The notes: generated by a model from the sequence alone, not told the origin. Shown: positions 37,775-51,456, counted from the first letter of the stretch. The stretch: 64,000 bases of DNA from Kondoa subrosea (GCA_039545335.1 BCIN01000005.1:1144641-1208640), one strand, 5' to 3'. Program-made: numbers and translations.

Positions 37775-40700
37775 TTATGTATCGTAGAAGGTATCGTTCG
37801 AAAAAGAGGTAGTGGTTGACCGAGAACGTTGATTCTCCGTCGGTCGTGCGGGTACATGATTTGATGGTAGAGCTTGATGACCTTCGCGGCGATAGCCTAT
37901 AGGCGAAGGTGTTCGATCGTCTCTACTTCGAGCTGCTGTCAGGTCTTCTTCCAGTTCATCATAATCGGGCTCATCTTCCTGATCAGCAGCAGATAAAAGA
38001 TTTGCCATGGTCTTCTCAGAGCTTTTGCGTTGGCGCAGCTGCTCGAAATATCAGCTATCCGATTAGCAGTACGTCTTAAGCTTACTTGAATGGCTTGATC
38101 AAGCGCTTGTATATAGGTAGTGTACTTGACAATCTCAGCTAAAAGCCACTTGGATTTACGTTCCCAGTTTGATATAGCTTTCTGAGCGTTGGTAGATCGA
38201 GGGGTGTACTACGAAAGGAATAAGCGAGACCTTATAAAGATGGAGAAGATTTCACTCACCAGTCTGTTCATCGCGGAACGCAAAGCGTTGTGTTGAGACA
38301 GATCTCGCTGAATTGACCGCACATATTTGCGCAGGGCGTCTAACTGAGCTTCTTCTGATAATGTACTGGTTGTAGTAGGTGACGCAGCAGGTTTCCAATC
38401 GTTGATACGAATACGATCATTTGAGTTAGAGCCGCCATAGAAGCCGGACGAAGAGCTATATCGACCACTTCGCCCGCTTTTGCCAGATTTAACGCTTGCC
38501 AAATCTTCGACGTCGTTGTCCGCATCATCAGAAGGTTGCACACGGTTCCAGCCATACTCCATATTTGATACGCCTCCCGTAAGTGGTTCCTTGCTGAGCC
38601 TCGCTGCCCAATAATTGCAAGTCATTTCCCACTCGTGAACGAGATCTGCTGTTCCGGCTTGGAAGAAGAACGAGCTACCCGTGGCAAGAGTCAGTACAAA
38701 GATATGAGGTCGATCAGAAGAGTAGCCTGGAGGCGGCATAGCGGAGCAGAGTGAGTGTAGAAGGGACATTTCGCCCATCGGCATAGCGTTGTTCTGTTAA
38801 TGAGCAAGTCAGGCTGAGAAGTGGTTTGTATCGTATCAGGCGTGAGTACTTACCATCCAGTTGCCTCCCCCCAAGCCTGAATGACCACCGAAATGCCCTC
38901 TTGCAGATTCACCAAACTTGAACATCTTGAGATCGCCTTTGGAAATGACGACGAAAGCTTGAATCCATTGTTTATCTTTCGAACGCTTATTTGATGATTC
39001 CCAGTAGTGCTTTCGATGCAAGATGCCTTCTTTCGCCCAAGGAGCACCAAGCAAAGCAAGTTCTTCGTCCGCGATTGATGCTTCGCTGTCACTTTGCGCA
39101 TCATCGTCTTCTTGCTGTTCTTTGATGATGGAATGAGAAAGGTTGCTAGCGAAGCCGATTGTCGAGTTTCCAGTGGAAGTCGGAGTAGTCACATTTGTCC
39201 CGTAAGCTGTTCCCCAAGATTGATTCTCGCTGAAAGAAGTAGTACTACTTGGAGTGGGACTTGATGATCTAAGATGATCGCCAGAAGGATTGAGAAAAGT
39301 CCTGATGCTAGCTCGCTTATAGGTGTTATCGGATTGCGTCACGGAAATCTGACTTCTCCTGCTGCTGTTTCGATTTATACCGGTCCAGGTTCCATACGGG
39401 GAGTTGGTAGCAGATAGCGTTGATACTCGAGATTCAGCAGACGGTGAGCTGGAAGGTTGATAGACAGGCATCATTTTGATTGCGGTATACATCTCCTGCT
39501 TTTCTAATTAGACCGAAGCTCGAGGTTGGCAGTAGTACGTACTTTGAGCAAAGTTTCAACTTCAGCATCCCAAAGCTTGTTGTTGGACCCAGACGACTCT
39601 CTGACCGGCGTAGATAGATTGCTGACCGACATGTTGAAGACAGGCTGGTCAAGTGGAGTATTTCCAGCACTCGCTACACTTCCGCTTCGCTTCATTCGAG
39701 TAGATAGGCCTTCTCGCCAACGATCCAGCGAAACACGAGAAGCAGATCCTTTAGGGTCTTGGTAAATTGAACCTTCAGGCGTTTCATTGATGCTTTCACT
39801 TCGACCTCGAGTGGACACCGAAGGATGAGGGCTGCTGCTACTGCTCCCATGTGTGCGTAGGGATGGTTTGTTTATTTGATCGCCGAATTGCGTGTGAATA
39901 GCAGACATGGTGTTCCGAACGAATTGTTTTTGAGACATACGAGAGGAAAGTTCGGCGACATGTAGATCAGTATTGAGGAGTAACAGAGAATAGGTGATAG
40001 CATGAACGACATCTAAATACCACTCTCAATTTCGGTAACGCTAGAGCGTTACTCGACCTACCTGAGCTACCGAAAACATGTTCAGGATTGTCATGCCAGT
40101 ATTTCCGGCTGAAGCGTTCCAAGATACGATCAACTTGCTGAGTTTCTGCCTTGAGGTATAACTTCTCGCACAAATGCCTGAATGCAGCATCTAATCGATA
40201 GCCTTTGAAGTCAAAGCGTTCCATGTAAAGCCTGAGAGCAATTTTGTTCATCTTCCGACTATATTCATCCGAATCAGTCAATTTCTGCTGGGGAAGGAAA
40301 GACGAAACTCACTCTGAACCTAGGAACTCAGCAACTTTCTGGCGGCGCATATAGCTTTCATCGCCCTCCCAGAACCGTTCAGCAGCTTCTTGAGCTTTCT
40401 CTTCCACACCTCTCTCATCTTTCGTTCCATCGGCAGCTTTTTTGGATAGATCTTCCTCTGAATCTTTCGCGCTCGTCCTCGACATTCCTCGAACCAGACT
40501 CACGCTTGAGCTGTTACCGCTACCTCGTGATGAAGAGAGAAGGTTGAGGAGTGATTCGTTTCCTTGAGGCAATCCGACTACAGATTGCCTGACCATTTTC
40601 CTTGTCGGGGTGTTAGCTTGAGAAGGTGCTAGCGAATCATAAGGACTCGATCGAACTTGAGATGGTGAAGGCGATTGAGTAGTGAAAATGGGCAGATTAG

Positions 40701-42526
40701 GTAAAGCCTGAACGGGCGAAGAAAGTGAGTTCTCCCTAGAATGCGAGCTTTCGGTGATTGTTGCCAAATTCAGACCTAGTCCAACTTCATCTTTCGTTGG
40801 AAGAGGTGGAAGAGGATCAGAAGCTCGTCTCTGACTAGCAGGCGAAGCAGAAACACGAATGTCTGGTGCCGGAGAATGATTTGATACATCTGGTAGAGGC
40901 GAAGGAGGCAAATCAATGGGTGAAGGCATACTTCCACTTGATTTCTTCCTGCTCATAGGAGGTTTATCGTCATCTTCATCAAAGACAGCGAGCAAGTGAG
41001 CTTGAGGACTGGGCGCTGATCCAGGTCTTGACACAGCGGGTCTTTCTCGGTCTTTCTCCCGTTGTTCCTGTAGCCCGATCTCCATGACTGAATCCCAATT
41101 CATTGAGGACAATACATTCTTTAAACGATCATCTTCGCTGAGTTTAGCTGTTCCTGTCGAGCCATGCCTACTTCTCATACCGTCGTTTTCGGAAGGCAGA
41201 CCAAGATGAGATGCTTTCGAAGCGGTATTCAGAGAAGAAAAGGATGCACTTCGTTTTCGCATATGACCAGAGATTGCAAGCTGCGAATCAGAAGCTAGAG
41301 TAGGTGATAGTGACCCAATAGACGGACTTCGATCTCTTTCGCGCAAAGGAGCCAAAGCTGGTTCTTTGGCTATAAAGGGTTGTCTATAACTTGATGGAAC
41401 GGAAGGAACAGGAGGTGGGAGAGAAGATTGATCAAACATAGAAGATATTGGCGTTGAAGGAGCTGAGACGTGTAAGGTGGAAGGCGAGTATTTCATCGTG
41501 TTTGCGCCAAACTTGCGTCGAAAGAAACCGCTTGTTTTTCGCATGGTATTGCTAAAAGACTATCATATGGGACTGCGTCATCAATTAGAACTATGGACAG
41601 TAGCCTCCCAACCGACCTTTGACTCCTGAGCCTTCGAAGCATCATGATACTGAAATCCAATCCCTGAACCAAAATCTGAATCCGAATCTTGACCTGAAGA
41701 GGTTCTTCCCTTGCGAGGCGGCGACTGAGTTGATATAGTAGGCGAAACAACAACAAACGAATCCGTTTGAGATACGCTAGCCAGACTATCAGCAGTTGAA
41801 GAAGGTGTCATGCTTGCATCAGTATGCCTCCGAGCTGGTACAGCTGGCGCTTGAGATGCAGTGGAAGACGAAGAAGCCGTTGCTGATGAACCAGCGGTGT
41901 TCTCTCTTGTCCTGGCAGCCTTTTCTAGACTTTCCCTGGTTCTCGAATCACTGAATTTGCGAGCAGAGACAAGCTTTGCAGGAGTTTGACTACTATTCGA
42001 TCGAGCAGAAGTGGTAGACGACCGACGCGGCGGAATAGACGGTTCTGATTCCTGCTGAGAATCAAGGTCTGGAGATCCAATTGTGCCAGAACTAGCACTG
42101 CTCGAGAAGGTCCGTTGAGATAGATCAGGACTGATCTCTTCCTGGACAGCAGAATTGCCCGCAGCTTTGGCTTTGGCGTTGCGCAAGAGTGTAGCTAGAT
42201 CCGTCTGACTTGAAGCAGTTCCAACTCCTCTGTATATAGATCTCCGTTTCGTCTCTATATCCACTCCTCTTGCTGATGTGGGCAGATCAGAAGGGAAAGG
42301 TCGACCGCTCCTGGGTGTTCTAGGTGAATCGTTCAATCCGCTTGCCTGTCCTTTTGGCGGAGTCGTGTTGCCTAGCAAGCTCTCATTGACAGGCTGTGCG
42401 AGTCGTCTGGTCTGCCCGGATCTGCAAAAGAAGGACAAAAGCAAAGTATCAGTGCGTTGCACAAACGGTGCCAAGGGAAGCCTACCGCAGGATTGCATCA
42501 AAGTCATCACGTCGTCTGGTCATCAT
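37775..42526 (-). CDS. Sec7 domain plus PH domain Arf GEF (Syt1/EFA6-like)
   Basis: KVAEFLGS, LDAAFRHLCEKLYLKAETQQVDRILERFS and LLLNTDLHVA (Sec7), with LALLGAPWAKEGIL, SLLHSL and TCNYWAARLSKEPL (PH). The start is uncertain. Confidence 0.88.
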
Positions 42527-43038
42527 TCGAACTGGTATAGCATGCTCTGTCTCCTCTCAGCGGGTATTGGTCGACGCGGTTTGACCTCAAAGTCATTTCT
42601 TTCTTTCAACACAGCGATGGGCTTGGCTGCTCATTCTATGTCTGGAGCCCGCGAATTATACTTCGAAGGCGAAGCAGCAGGTGACGAGTCGCCTCCAACT
42701 GATGTATCGAATTTCGCATCCAAAGGGATTGCTCGAGTTCTGGATTCTGGCCAAATCGTTCATTGCTTCACCTATGCTGCTGCTGTACGCTTATTCACTC
42801 GATGCTACTGCTCTGGACTGTCCCTGTCTTGCGTTGTTGTACCTGTATGAAATGACTGTGCCTAAATGGCTTCGAGGCGTATTGATGAAGCGAGCCATTC
42901 TTGCTAATGTCTGACCTGTCCCTTGCACGAATGTCAACGAGATAATCCGCTTCTTGTTCTCACAAACAATTTCTCAAGATTCACACCGTGCAACGCCATT
43001 CACGTAGACAAGATCTCAAACCTACTTCCAGCTTTCCG

Positions 43039-43685
43039 ATGCAAGATCCGGTGTCTTCTATTGTACAGCATAGTCCTTCAGCATTACAAAGTTGGTGGTC
43101 TCAGCTGAATCAGAACCATTGGGATTCGCAAAAGACGCTTGTAGCTGTAGTTGCATCTGTTACAATTGTGCTTCTAATAGCTATCATCTCTTTGGTAAGC
43201 TCTTAGCAATTCTGTTCCGACTAGACTGACTCTGTTGCCAGGTTTGGTACTGCTTCAAACGCAAGAGCACAAGTTCATCTAAGCCTGTTGTTTCGCATCT
43301 GAAAGAATTCACCTTAAAACCGTACGCCCTTTCACTCTTCTTGTACCCTCGTCCGAATACAACAATGTTGTATCATAGAAGCCACACCAAAAAGGAATCA
43401 ACCAGCCAAATCTCAATGAAACAACCTATACCGCAAAGGAGAACTTCCTTCACTTCCATCTATGAACATGAGGACGACGATCCTTTCGCATCAGATAACG
43501 GCTCTGTAAAGTCTCATCAGCATAGAAAACAATTATCCCTTGGCGTCAACTCTTTGCAGATCTTTACTACTTCGCCTATCAATACTTACTCGGATGGTCA
43601 GAAGAGGACAAAGTCGATCAGTGAGGAACGTAAGATCATAACAGAGGAGGGACCTAGACGGAGATCTGTAGCTAAGGTTGTATAA
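43039..43685 (+). CDS. Small single-pass membrane protein, unknown function
   Basis: The TM segment LVAVVASVTIVLLIAIISL-VWYCFKRK spans an intron and is followed by a cytosolic tail with EDDDPF. Confidence 0.55.
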
Positions 43686-43789
43686 CCTCTCTTGTGTTGT
43701 GTCAAGACATTGCCAGGGGTAAAAGAATGCTAACAATGCAATGACTATACACATTCATACAATACTAATCACATTCACCCGTGTAAACT

Positions 43790-44780
43790 TTAATCCCAAG
43801 CTCTTCTTCTCTCACTATTTTGCGCCATATTAGATCTGGGTGCTATACCTCTCGCTTCATTCAAGCTTATAGTACCACCGTTGATGTTTCCTTTCTTATC
43901 TCTCATTGCTCTTAAACGTTCACCAGCTCTTGAACCGTTATTGGAAGAATTGGAGTAAGAAGAATAACCAGAATCGTTGCTTTCCTTTCTTGATGCCGCT
44001 GGTGCTGGAGTATTATCAAAGATATCCTTCAAGGAAGAGGAATTGTTTCTACTTGAAGCTGAGGAAGAAGGTAGGTTGGAAGGTGAGGATTCCCAAGATT
44101 TAATGGTAGGTCTTTCGGATGGTGGGAAAAGCCAAGAAGGTAGATCAGCAGAATGTTTCGCTTTAGAAATATGATATCTTGAATCCCAATCATCAAATTT
44201 GGGGAGGTATGAAGACAGAAGAAACGCACTCTTTCATTATTCGTATCAGGTGAGATTCCCCTTTGTATCCATCTTTATCACTTTCATACCCATCTTCACC
44301 AGCTAACCTAGTTTTTAGAGTAGTAGCACTAGAAGAGACAGCTCCGTAGACTTTGTTCCTGTACACGTCGGCTCCTTTTAGCATTGTGACAATGCTTGAT
44401 TAGAACCATCACGAACCACATTCCTTCTCCTTGAGATTGATCATCTTCTACCACTCTCTTCTGAGGTGTACTTCGATATGACGAAGATGATGAAGCAACG
44501 GGTGGTATTTCGCTTGTTGCTGTTGAAGAAGTACTCCATTCGCTCACTGCGTTTCTCACGGTTGACCAACCGCTAGCTCCATAAGAAGCAGCAGCAGAGA
44601 TATTTTGAGAAACGTTAGGCATTTGCATTTGAGGTAGATCAGGGCTATTTCCCTTCATTAATAGTTGACATATGTCATGCATGGGAAAACGCACGGAGTC
44701 CAATCTTTCACCGAACGTGGAATGGAAGGCATACTCTTTTGAGCTCTCAAAGCCATCGTAGCTGAAGTATACATGTCCAT
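43790..44780 (-). CDS. Mso1-like protein (Sec1-binding motif)
   Basis: Spliced DGYESDKDGYKGESHLIRIMKE-YHISKAKHSADLPSWLFPPSER resembles the Mso1 Sec1-binding domain, and the C-terminus has RAGERLRAMR. The start is uncertain. Confidence 0.6.
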
Positions 44781-45170
44781 GTTGACACGTCAATCCCGCT
44801 ATTGCCTTTAGATAATGAAACGACTGAATTCGAGCTGAGACTAGCGAGCTCTTCAAGTTGTGCTAGTGTCTGATAGCAAGCAGCTTCGATGTTGTAGCAG
44901 ACTGAGTGTCCACTACGAAGCACAGACAGCAGAGAACCTAGGAAGCCAAGGAGGAAGCAAGATTCCAAGTTTGGTTATGAAAGGGAGAGCTGGCCAATCT
45001 CAGAGCGTTGAGCAATGCTGTTTAGAGCAGCTTCAACCTTGGGCCTGCTTCCTGTCCACAAGGAAGCCAAATGTCGTTGAAGATTGCTATGGTGACGGTG
45101 TCGGGTCGACAGTCAATACATGATGTAAACCTGTCTATTATACACCGGCGTCGTCCACCTACTACATATC

Positions 45171-46344
45171 CTACCGCCTAATTTCACCTAACCCCGAATC
45201 GCCTTCATGTACTTTCCGCCTCTTGTTGTCCTTTTCCAACTCCTTCTTGACCAGCTCGTCTAACTCTTTAACCCTATTACTTGCCAAAGTCACACAGCGC
45301 ATGATTTCGTTGACACTCATTGGAGATCCACCTGCTTTTGTTAAAACACAGATTTCTCTTTGAGCATTTAAAGTCATTGTTAGTGAGCCGGAAGAAAGTT
45401 GAGATTCGAGATGAGAGGGATCTAGGACTGCGAAGTTCCTATTCAAAATCAATGATCAGTAAGAAAAGGTAGATTGGAAGGATGGAAGAGAGCACGAACT
45501 CTTCTGCTAGGAAAGCAAATGATATACAATAAGGTGAATGATGTATCGAAAGCGGTATCGGTACTCTTTCCTCAAGAGAGTGCTGTGCCACATACCTTTT
45601 TGCTTAGCTTCATTAAGCAGAGCAAAGACATCTACGCACAATAGTCACGTCCTCCCCTGAAACAGTAACATCCGGTCTTCTGAAATGTAGCAAAGCGGCC
45701 ATTGCAGCTATACAAGCACAATCCACTAGATTGCCTTCATCGTCCAAAAAATGTAGATCCACTCGTATTGACCAGACCTGTCAACACTACCATCAAGATA
45801 TCGCTCAAAAGCGAAAGTCTTGATAAGTAGGACTGACCTTTTGACCCGCTACTATACATAAAGACTCTGTATCGACCGCTCCACTTCTCCTTAATGCTTT
45901 CTCCAGTAATCGAGCAATAATAGTTTCTTCCTCTGATGGTCTATCTCCCTTACGTCAGCTTTCCCGACAGCTTCAAGGATGTACTTCGTCCACTCACCTC
46001 CCTGACTCGTACACTGATGAAGCCATAGGTGAGATCTCAGCATTGACGAGTAAGAAACCTTCATAAGGTCTTTCAGGTTGAGGTTTAACAATTTCAGCAG
46101 AAACTTGTGCTGCTACTCTAGGTGTCCATCCCTCATTAGCTTCCCTTCCACACTTATCGATATAGAGAGAGACGCACCTTGTAGAACCCAGTGAACATTG
46201 ACAATAACCAAATTCAAAAGCATTGAAGTCGAGTGAAATAGGTCGGTACTCTTCCAAAGAACGCGAGTCGAAGCGTAAACCTTTTCGGATGGCAGCATAG
46301 ATGAAATCAGCTTCTAATGTTGAAGGTTCTAATTCTCGAGGCAT
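45171..46344 (-). CDS. RRP45: Exosome complex RNase PH-like subunit Rrp45
   Basis: MPRELEPS, GLRFDSR, PERPYEG, AVDTESLCIVAGQKVWSIRVDLHFLDDEGNLVD, ALLHFRRPDVT and LNAQREIC. Confidence 0.94.
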
Positions 46345-46519
46345 TGCTTGTTAATGAAAGACAATTTGAATCTCTCAAGTCAAATACATAGATGCAAGTG
46401 AGAATATTTGAGCGTGTGTTAGATGCATGCGATTACTATTATTACAAGATAATTACTGTACAAGAATTGAGAGATGAGAATCATAGAAAGAGAACGTAAG
46501 CGAGTCCATAAATCTCAGA

Positions 46520-47238
46520 TCAAGCAATCACACAAGTACTGCCCTTGGTCTCTTCCGCATTGGTCTTTGCTTGATTAGTAACTCGATCCGATTCTTCTTT
46601 AGCTTGTTTCGTTGCTTTTCGACTGAGTTCTTCAGCATCAATTTCTCGAACTCCTGATTCATTCCCTTCCTCTTCATCATCTGGTAAAGCAGCCAAGAGT
46701 TTCGAAAGACCAAGAGAAGCGAGTCTGTCACAGAATTAAGTCTGTTGCAGACAAGTTTGCAGCAAGAAAAGCAAACTTACCCTAGGATTGCAGCACTTTG
46801 CGGAATACCTCTAGACATTGCGAATTTGGTAATACCTGAATCATAAGATTAGTATCATTGTCTTACATGTTTGTAATACAAAGCTCACCAGTGACAACTA
46901 AAGGATTCTTCAAAGTTTTATCAATCACCACGACGACTTGCTTTCCATTCTTTTGCAAACTCTTCTTAATTGCTGGAGCGGATTTACTGATTTGTTCCGA
47001 AGCTTCATTCAGATGACGGGAAACGACAACAATTGCATTATCGCTATCACAATCATTAGTCAGCCATATTCTTATCAGATCACGTTGATAATCTTGCAAC
47101 TTACCCAGCTTGTTTAATCACTTCACCAGTTTTTTTACTTTGAGTTTTATCGTTTGCCAATTTCTCATTGATAAGAATAACCACATCGTTTCTGTTTTGA
47201 CGTTTTAAAGTTTTACTTAGTCTACCTCTGATAGTCAT
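46520..47238 (-). CDS. Hypothetical helical protein ending in a CAAX motif (CVIA*)
   Basis: Four exons join through GT-AG introns. The terminal codons are TGT GTG ATT GCT TGA. Confidence 0.6.
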
Positions 47239-47315
47239 TTTGTGATAGTGGTGAAGGGACGAACGAAGAAACGGAAATCAATTCACGCAATTCTTGAGCG
47301 GAGGCGATGAGACCG

Positions 47316-47753
47316 CTAGAAGAAGTTTTGAGTTGCTTGCCAACCTAACCAACCATTCCCCTGTTTCAGCAATAGTGCATTTAAGTGAATGATGTAAAGA
47401 CTCACTCCTTTTCCAGTGATAGCTTCCCCCTGTTCTTGACTATCAGCCACATTGTAACTGTTCCACAGAGAGCAAGACGAACCATAAGCCATAATGCTAC
47501 AATACAACAATCAGCTCATCACTCCAGCTATTCAGGAGAACGACAAACGATGCATTCCGACAACAGTCCCAGCCAAATTGGTTAATACTTTACCAGTAGC
47601 AGTCGCATGAGCTTTGGCATCTTGCATAGTAAACTTAGATGAGGAAGTTCCAGAGGATGGTTGGACTTCGCTCGTTTGAGGTGCTGCGGCTGTAGATGTC
47701 CCTGTGGATTCAGTAGAGGATTTCTTATAGCGTGAATCTAAAGTCTTTGACAT
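47316..47753 (-). CDS. Small hypothetical protein, possibly membrane-anchored
   Basis: A Ser/Thr-rich ORF (MSKTLDSRYKK...) is followed by two intron-like segments and a hydrophobic exon (LWLMVRLALCGTVTMWLIV). The 3' end is uncertain. Confidence 0.35.
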
Positions 47754-47984
47754 GCTTGTGCTTGAAATGGGATAAGAAGAGACCAAAATAGGCGTCATAC
47801 AAATGCGAAAGTGGCTGAGGTCACGAGAATGAAAGCGGACCAGTACAGAAGCGCATTCTAGGAGTACGTCATCCTACTGTTCATAGCGGCAGATTGAAAT
47901 CACGAGCCTTGCATAAATGTCTTTGCGTGATGCGGGCTTATCTCTCTGTCTTCCCTTGTACACCATTGAATAAAATACACAGCA

Positions 47985-50490
47985 ATGACTTCTTGGACAT
48001 CCTGGATTGATAGCAATGAGCAAGTTCTCATAGACAGGTCAGTCTCCTTCTTTCTCTTCGAGCTTCGCACCCTGAATTACATTTTCCCGTGGAATTGACA
48101 GACTCGCAGAGGCAGTAGCTATTCCCTCTGTCAGTGGAGATGCAAGCCACAGAGACGACTGTCACAAAATGGCAGACTGGATGGAAGCTGCTTTAGATAA
48201 ATTGGGAGTGAAAACACGCAGAGTTCAGTTGGGTCCACAAACTTTGGATGGCAAAGAATTGCAATTGCCTGATGTCATCTTTGGTCAATACGGTGATGAT
48301 CCAAAGAAGAAGACTATTCTAGTGTGCGTTCTATTATCTCGCTGACTTGAATGAATTCAAGTTCGTTGCTTGTTGTAAAACGTACAGCTACGGGTAGGTT
48401 ACTTGTTTCATCACTACAGTATTGTAGTATTGAATAGATGGTGTACAGTCACATCGATGTTCAACCTGCTCATATGTCAGATGGTAATGTAATGTAATGT
48501 GATGGTGCAGGAGATAAACTAATACAAGTTTCGCTGCAGGTTGGAACACCGAACCTTTCAAACTTGTTCACGAGTTAGTCTACCTTTTAACAATTTCCGA
48601 ACTTCCTGACATGCTATGATAGCAAAAAGACCGATCAGATGTTCGGTCGTGGTTCTACTGATGACAAAGGACCTGTTCTAGGTGAGCGCTTCTTCATTTT
48701 CTGGTCTTTGCGGTTTGCCGATTATGACTCGCGGCTACTTACAGGATGGCTTAACGTCAGCATCGTGGTTTTAGGATCAGTATCGTACTGATTTATTATG
48801 ACCATGATTGTTGACAGGTCATCGAAGCTCACCAAAAGACAAACACTGAATTCCCAGTAAACCTAAAGATGTGCTTTGAAGGTGCATTGGATGGATTCGC
48901 TATTCAGTCAATGTCTGATTGCGAAGAGTCGTCTGTGCACAGGTATGGAAGAAAGTGGATCTGAAGGATTGGATGAAGTCATTGTTCGCGAATCCAAAGA
49001 TTTCCTGAAGGATGTTGATGCCGTTTGCATTTCGTGCGTTCTTTCATCGCGCTTTATCTGCTTTCCGCTGATACGGCTGATTGATTGACGCTCAGGGACA
49101 ATTACTGGTTAGGCACCAAGGTCAGCAGATTTGGGATCTTTGTCTGATTCAGACTTAAGTTTCGGGCTCATTGTTGACAGAAACCTTGCTTGAGTACATC
49201 TCTTGCTACCCCGGCCTTTCTTTCACCTGACACGATTCCACAGCTTACGGTCTTCGTGGTCTTTCCTACTTCAAAGTGACCGTTTCCGTATGTTTAATCT
49301 GTCCTTACTACTTTTTGCATCACTAACGTTACTTGATGACAGGGTCCAGCTTCAGATCTCCATTCTGGCGTGTTCGGCGGAACAGTCCATGAACCAATGA
49401 CCGACCTTTTCGCCATCTTTTCCAAACTCGTCACTCCTTCAGGAGAGATTTTGGTCCCTGGTATTAAAGAGATGGTCGCTCCTTTGACTGCTGAAGAACG
49501 TAAACGTTACGAAGTTATGGATTTCAGTTTGGCTGTGCGTTGTGCGACTGCCAAATCAGGGAAAGGTCTGATTTCGGGGTTCGAATACCGCACAGGATAT
49601 TGAAGGTGCTACTGGATCAAAAACTACTTTAAGCCAAGATAAAGCTGAGGTTTTGATGGGAAGGTGCGATGTTCGCCTTTAATTCAGATTATGTCTGATT
49701 GGGGGCTACCTTCGTACAGAATGAGAAACCCTTCGCTCTCCATCCACGGTATCGAGTATGCTAAATGCCTTATTGCAGTCTGCAGAGGTGATAGTATTCA
49801 ACAGAGGTGCCTTCTCCACTGCCGGATCCAAGACCGTCATTCCAGCCAAAGTACACGGAAAATTCAGTATCCGTCTCGTTCCCGACCTTTTACCATCTAA
49901 AGTCGAACCACTAGTGAAGAAATACCTAGAAGAAGAGTTTGCTAAACTAGGTAGCAAAAACACTTTGAACGTTGAAGCTTTGCATGGTGGAAAACCTTGG
50001 TTGTCTGATCCGAACCATTGGAATTTCACTGCTGCTGCCGCTGCTACTGAAAAGATTTATGGTCAGAAACCTGATCTGACTAGAGAAGGTGGATCGTGAG
50101 TCGTTCTGCTTGAAATTTGGTTAGTGCTGAATATATGTCAGAATTCCGGTAATTATATCTCATTGACCGCGTTTGAAATGTCTCATTCTGCTCAATCGCA
50201 AGGTAACACTCACATTTGAAGATGCCTTGAAGAAGTCTGTCATGCTCCTACCAATGGGCAGAGGTAAATTTCCATTACGTTGAAATTGCAAGGATTCGGA
50301 ACTAATTTGCATGTTCTAGGTGATGACGGAGCGCACTCCACTAACGAGAAGCTCGATCGTGCCAACTACATCGAGGGCACAAAGCTGCTCGGTCAGTTAT
50401 ACAAAGAATATCCCAAATACGCTCAAGTCGCTAAATTGTTCTTCATTATTCTCAGGCACCTATTTGCACGAGGCTGCTGCCGCCGCATAA
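47985..50490 (+). CDS. DUG1: Cys-Gly metallodipeptidase (M20A, CNDP2/Dug1)
   Basis: [69 protein letters not shown] and [10 protein letters not shown]. More than 15 introns. Confidence 0.95.
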
Positions 50491-50856
50491 AGACCGTTTA
50501 CATAAAAGACATAAAAGGGATATAAGTTATTCTTAAAGTACAAATGGAAATGTTTTGCAATGCATCAAAGGAAAGGTTAAGACAGATTGTTTTCTGAGTC
50601 TGTAATATAAATCTTATCCGCTGCTGCACTGCTCGCCTGTCTGCTATCTATCACATGCTACCCTCAAAGCTTCCTTTGATTGTTAGCGGCCTTATTTTCC
50701 AGTAACACGATCATCAGCACTGAACCGAAGCAGCCAAAAATGTATGACAGGAGCATTGCTCGTATCGACAGAAGACCAACTCGACGTATCCGAAGAACAG
50801 ATGACCAAACAGATGCATTAGGACGATTCTGACGAGTTCTGATACGACACTAGCGT

Positions 50857-50891
50857 AGTCAGCAATTTGCTACTAGTCAGCACAGTCAGCA
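50857..50891. promoter_or_regulatory. Three copies of AGTCAGCA upstream of the SnoaL-like gene
   Basis: Copies at 50857, 50875 and 50884, about 70-105 nt upstream of ATG 50963. Confidence 0.4.
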
Positions 50892-50962
50892 CTGTTCAAA
50901 TACCGCAGTTGTTTTTCCTCATCTCTTTTCCTCTACCTTAAAAGACATCCCACACATATCAT

Positions 50963-51456
50963 ATGGCTACCCAATTTAACATCAAAGACTTCTACGCCGC
51001 TTCGGATAGTGTAGGCAAGGTTTCCGTTGCTCCGTTCTTCAGCGAAAGTGAGCTTCGTCTGTCGTCAATACCATATCACACCTGACGCCATATATGATAG
51101 ATGCCTTCTTCCAGGCTGGTGAATTGCCTGCTATTCGCGGTCGAAACAACATCATTGCCGCTTTCTCGCCTGCTGGCTTCGCTGCTGGTGGTATCACTGA
51201 GAGTGTTCACACTCTCGACCACATCGATATTTGCGATAACAAGATCTTCGTCGAAGGCTCTTTCACCCAGAAGTTCACCAATGGCAAAGAAGTAAAGATC
51301 AACATGATGCAAAAGCTGGAAATCAACAAGGATGGGCAAATTGAGACTTTCAGGGCCTACTTTGATTCAAAGGCTATGATGGAAGCAATGGGAGGCGAGA
51401 AGCAATTTGATGAGGCGATCAAGAAGATCCCTGGTATGGATGGAAGCGATGCTTAG
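50963..51456 (+). CDS. NTF2/SnoaL-like protein
   Basis: FYAASD..., FFSENAFFQAGELPAIRGRNNI, beta-rich middle and DGQIETFRAYFD, which are typical of the SnoaL-like fold. One intron. Confidence 0.75.

Noticed and set aside
42278..42914. 190-aa and 77-aa plus-strand ORFs
   Set aside because: They are antisense shadows of the Sec7-PH gene's 5' region, with non-ATG starts and no motifs.
47497..47557. Possible non-canonical GA donor (G|GAATGC) in the small membrane gene
   Set aside because: A canonical GTTTGT donor 9 nt further on gives the same frame, so a GA-AG intron is not needed.
49535..49595. tRNA-like GGTTCGAAT and hairpin (AAATCAG/CTGATTT) in a DUG1 intron
   Set aside because: The segment is too short, the T-stem is mismatched and there is no D-arm or A-box. 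It is explained as an ordinary 61-nt intron.
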